Shown here: piece after piece, positions 62,409-64,000 of the stretch | How positions within the stretch are numbered: position 1 is the stretch's first letter | How the letters are laid out: every line of letters starts with the position of its first letter | Assembly: GCA_963674965.2 (NCBI GenBank) | Contig: CAXXFL010000006.1 | Location: 864,001 to 928,000, forward strand | Reading direction: 5' to 3' | Source of the DNA: a bacterium | GTDB lineage: Bacteria; RBG-13-61-14; DATKZS01 | Length of the DNA: 64,000 nucleotides | Program-made: the position numbers and the translations under genes | The notes under the pieces: model-generated | Databases searched by the model: none | What the model was told of the DNA's origin: nothing | What the model saw: only the letters and a program-made list of their open reading frames with translations

Positions 62409-63965
62409 CTAGTTCAATACCTGGTGCTCGGACCAGGCTTCCATGGGCGGCTCCAGGTATGCATGCTCGTCTTTCTGCCTGAATCTCCAATGGAGCGATT
62501 TTTCCAAAACGCGGAACCCGGAGTTGTTCAGGGGCATAAGTCCCAGGCGCATGGGCCTGGTCCTGTCCACGGACAAGCGCAGACCCGCGTGATTTATCCT
62601 TCGGTTGTTCAAAACGAGCGTCTCCACTCTTCGTCGGCGCGGATATCCCGTATCCACCTTCAACTCGAACGAGGCCCTTGCCTCGGTAACGTAAGCGTCG
62701 GTAAGCTCACCAAGGTTGAGGGCCTGGTTGTTGAGATTGAATCCGGGCCTTCGGGCCCTCCAGCGGTCGACCACGTCATAGGCCTCCCGGACCTCGGACC
62801 ATAGCGCTCCCGCGAAAGCGATCAGGAAGGCGTGTCTTCCAACTGACGCGCCGGAGACCTTGTCCATACCGCCAAGCGGGGAATGGTTCACTCTGAACCA
62901 ATGTGACAAACGGGACCGCTTGCCATACTGATGGACTCGCCCATCGGCTATAATTACGGCTGGAGATATGCTCGACTCGGAGAGCATGTCCTTTTGCCTG
63001 AATTTGATTCTGCAGGGAACGCCCGATTGGTTCAGTCGCGAGCGGTTCAGATTTTCTCCGGCAAAACGAATGTATGGAACTCCAGTTTCAATCTCGCGGC
63101 GAGTGTCCACGTCACAACAGATGGCGAGTTTGCGTTCGCTCACCCACAGGTTGGGGAACTTTTCAGTGTTCAGAGGAACGCTGTTCAATCGGAATCGTTG
63201 GTCCCTGGCATGCCAGCGCGAGATGCAGGTGCCGGCCCGCTCGACGTCCTGGAGGAGCGTGGTCCCGCTCGTGATCTGCCACCAGCCCCAGGTCTTGTTC
63301 TTGCGGGTGAGATGATAGTCGGTGTTCAAGGAATTGTGATTGACCACAAAGGTCTCGTGAAGATGTCCCAGACAGACTCGCTGGGCCACCTTCTTGATGA
63401 AGGCCTCGAAGTCGGTTTCCATTGACAGCACCGAGTAAAGCCATTGCAGGAAAAACACCCTGGTCCCGGCCGGGTGATGAGGCTCGAGCGCGTCGCGGAT
63501 GTCCTGGATGACGTTGTCTTGCTCTATCCGATAGACGCCCAGGCTGTAGATGAGGCCGGGAAGGCGGGCGTGATTCATCACTGAGCGGCGGTTGAGCCGC
63601 AGTGCCTGGCGGAAGGTTTCCTCTATGTTGCCTTCCCATCCGATATCGGTGAGCGATCTCCTGATCGCGGGGATGGTTCCCTTCCTGCGATAGAACTCGA
63701 CGGCTTCACGGATTGCCCGGCGCTGAGTCGCCGAGTCCCTGGTCGGGTCGAAAGACCATCCCACGATTCGGGCCAGGTATGGCAGGAACCTCTCATCGCA
63801 TTGTTCGACGTCGAACAACTCCGGGAATCGATCGATAAGCTCCTTGATCTCGTCCAGGGTGACCGACGGCACGGTGAGAAAAGTTTGCAGGTCTCCGCTC
63901 TCGTCCTCTCGCTCGTACAAAGGAGGCAGGAGTTCGATGAGCTTTTTATCAAAGTAGGTGCCCAT
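62409..63965 (-). CDS. Phage tail protein, P2 gpI-like N-terminus
   Basis: LLPPLY, FLPYLARIVGW, QRRAIREAVEFYRRKGT, HHPAG. Confidence 0.8.
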   Translation of the reverse strand: MGTYFDKKLIELLPPLYEREDESGDLQTFLTVPSVTLDEIKELIDRFPELFDVEQCDERFLPYLARIVGWSFDPTRDSATQRRAIREAVEFYRRKGTIPAIRRSLTDIGWEGNIEETFRQALRLNRRSVMNHARLPGLIYSLGVYRIEQDNVIQDIRDALEPHHPAGTRVFFLQWLYSVLSMETDFEAFIKKVAQRVCLGHLHETFVVNHNSLNTDYHLTRKNKTWGWWQITSGTTLLQDVERAGTCISRWHARDQRFRLNSVPLNTEKFPNLWVSERKLAICCDVDTRREIETGVPYIRFAGENLNRSRLNQSGVPCRIKFRQKDMLSESSISPAVIIADGRVHQYGKRSRLSHWFRVNHSPLGGMDKVSGASVGRHAFLIAFAGALWSEVREAYDVVDRWRARRPGFNLNNQALNLGELTDAYVTEARASFELKVDTGYPRRRRVETLVLNNRRINHAGLRLSVDRTRPMRLGLMPLNNSGFRVLEKSLHWRFRQKDEHAYLEPPMEAWSEHQVLN

Positions 63966-64000
63966 CAGCTTGCCCTCTTCATATCGAGGATGACCTCGCC

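Larger units (their letters stand above)
53313..64000 (-). mobile_element. Prophage end (myovirus-type tail module plus amidoligase module), continues beyond the window
   Basis: Contiguous co-oriented tail genes followed by amidoligase-GATase-GGCT-HTH. Confidence 0.8.

Overview
A mosaic accessory region with no rRNA, tRNA or CRISPR array, probably from a deltaproteobacterial-type genome (inferred from gene content only). From right to left: (1) the tail end of a myovirus-like prophage (tail/baseplate genes, then amidoligase-GATase-GGCT-excisionase HTH, 53.3-64 kb); (2) a defence cargo behind that HTH gene: PLD-SNF2 helicase, type IIG-like N6A methylase, HExxH peptidase, DprA/SLOG, cyclase-like protein, SIR2-like/STAND protein with a HEPN-like partner, Mrr remnant and ADP-ribosylglycohydrolase (37.9-53.3 kb); (3) a nested IS stack (33.2-37.7 kb): an internally deleted IS4 carrying an ISL3 and an IS110/IS1111, the latter inserted inside the IS4 terminal repeat, with a readable bridge/seek RNA and a 4x274 bp tandem amplification of its right end; (4) an apparently split Rhs toxin system (16.8-32.7 kb), in which the YD shell is one gene and the Rhs core plus toxin sit at the end of a ~3,290 aa Ca-binding-repeat lipoprotein, followed by an immunity-like gene and an orphan paralogous fragment; (5) a primase/integrase satellite-like element (9.7-15.2 kb); (6) a second copy of the GGCT-HTH module leading a different defence operon (SNF2-DUF3883, PLD-like, DUF1156 methylase broken by a frameshift and an IS3). 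Family calls come from motif recognition by eye, not from database searches.
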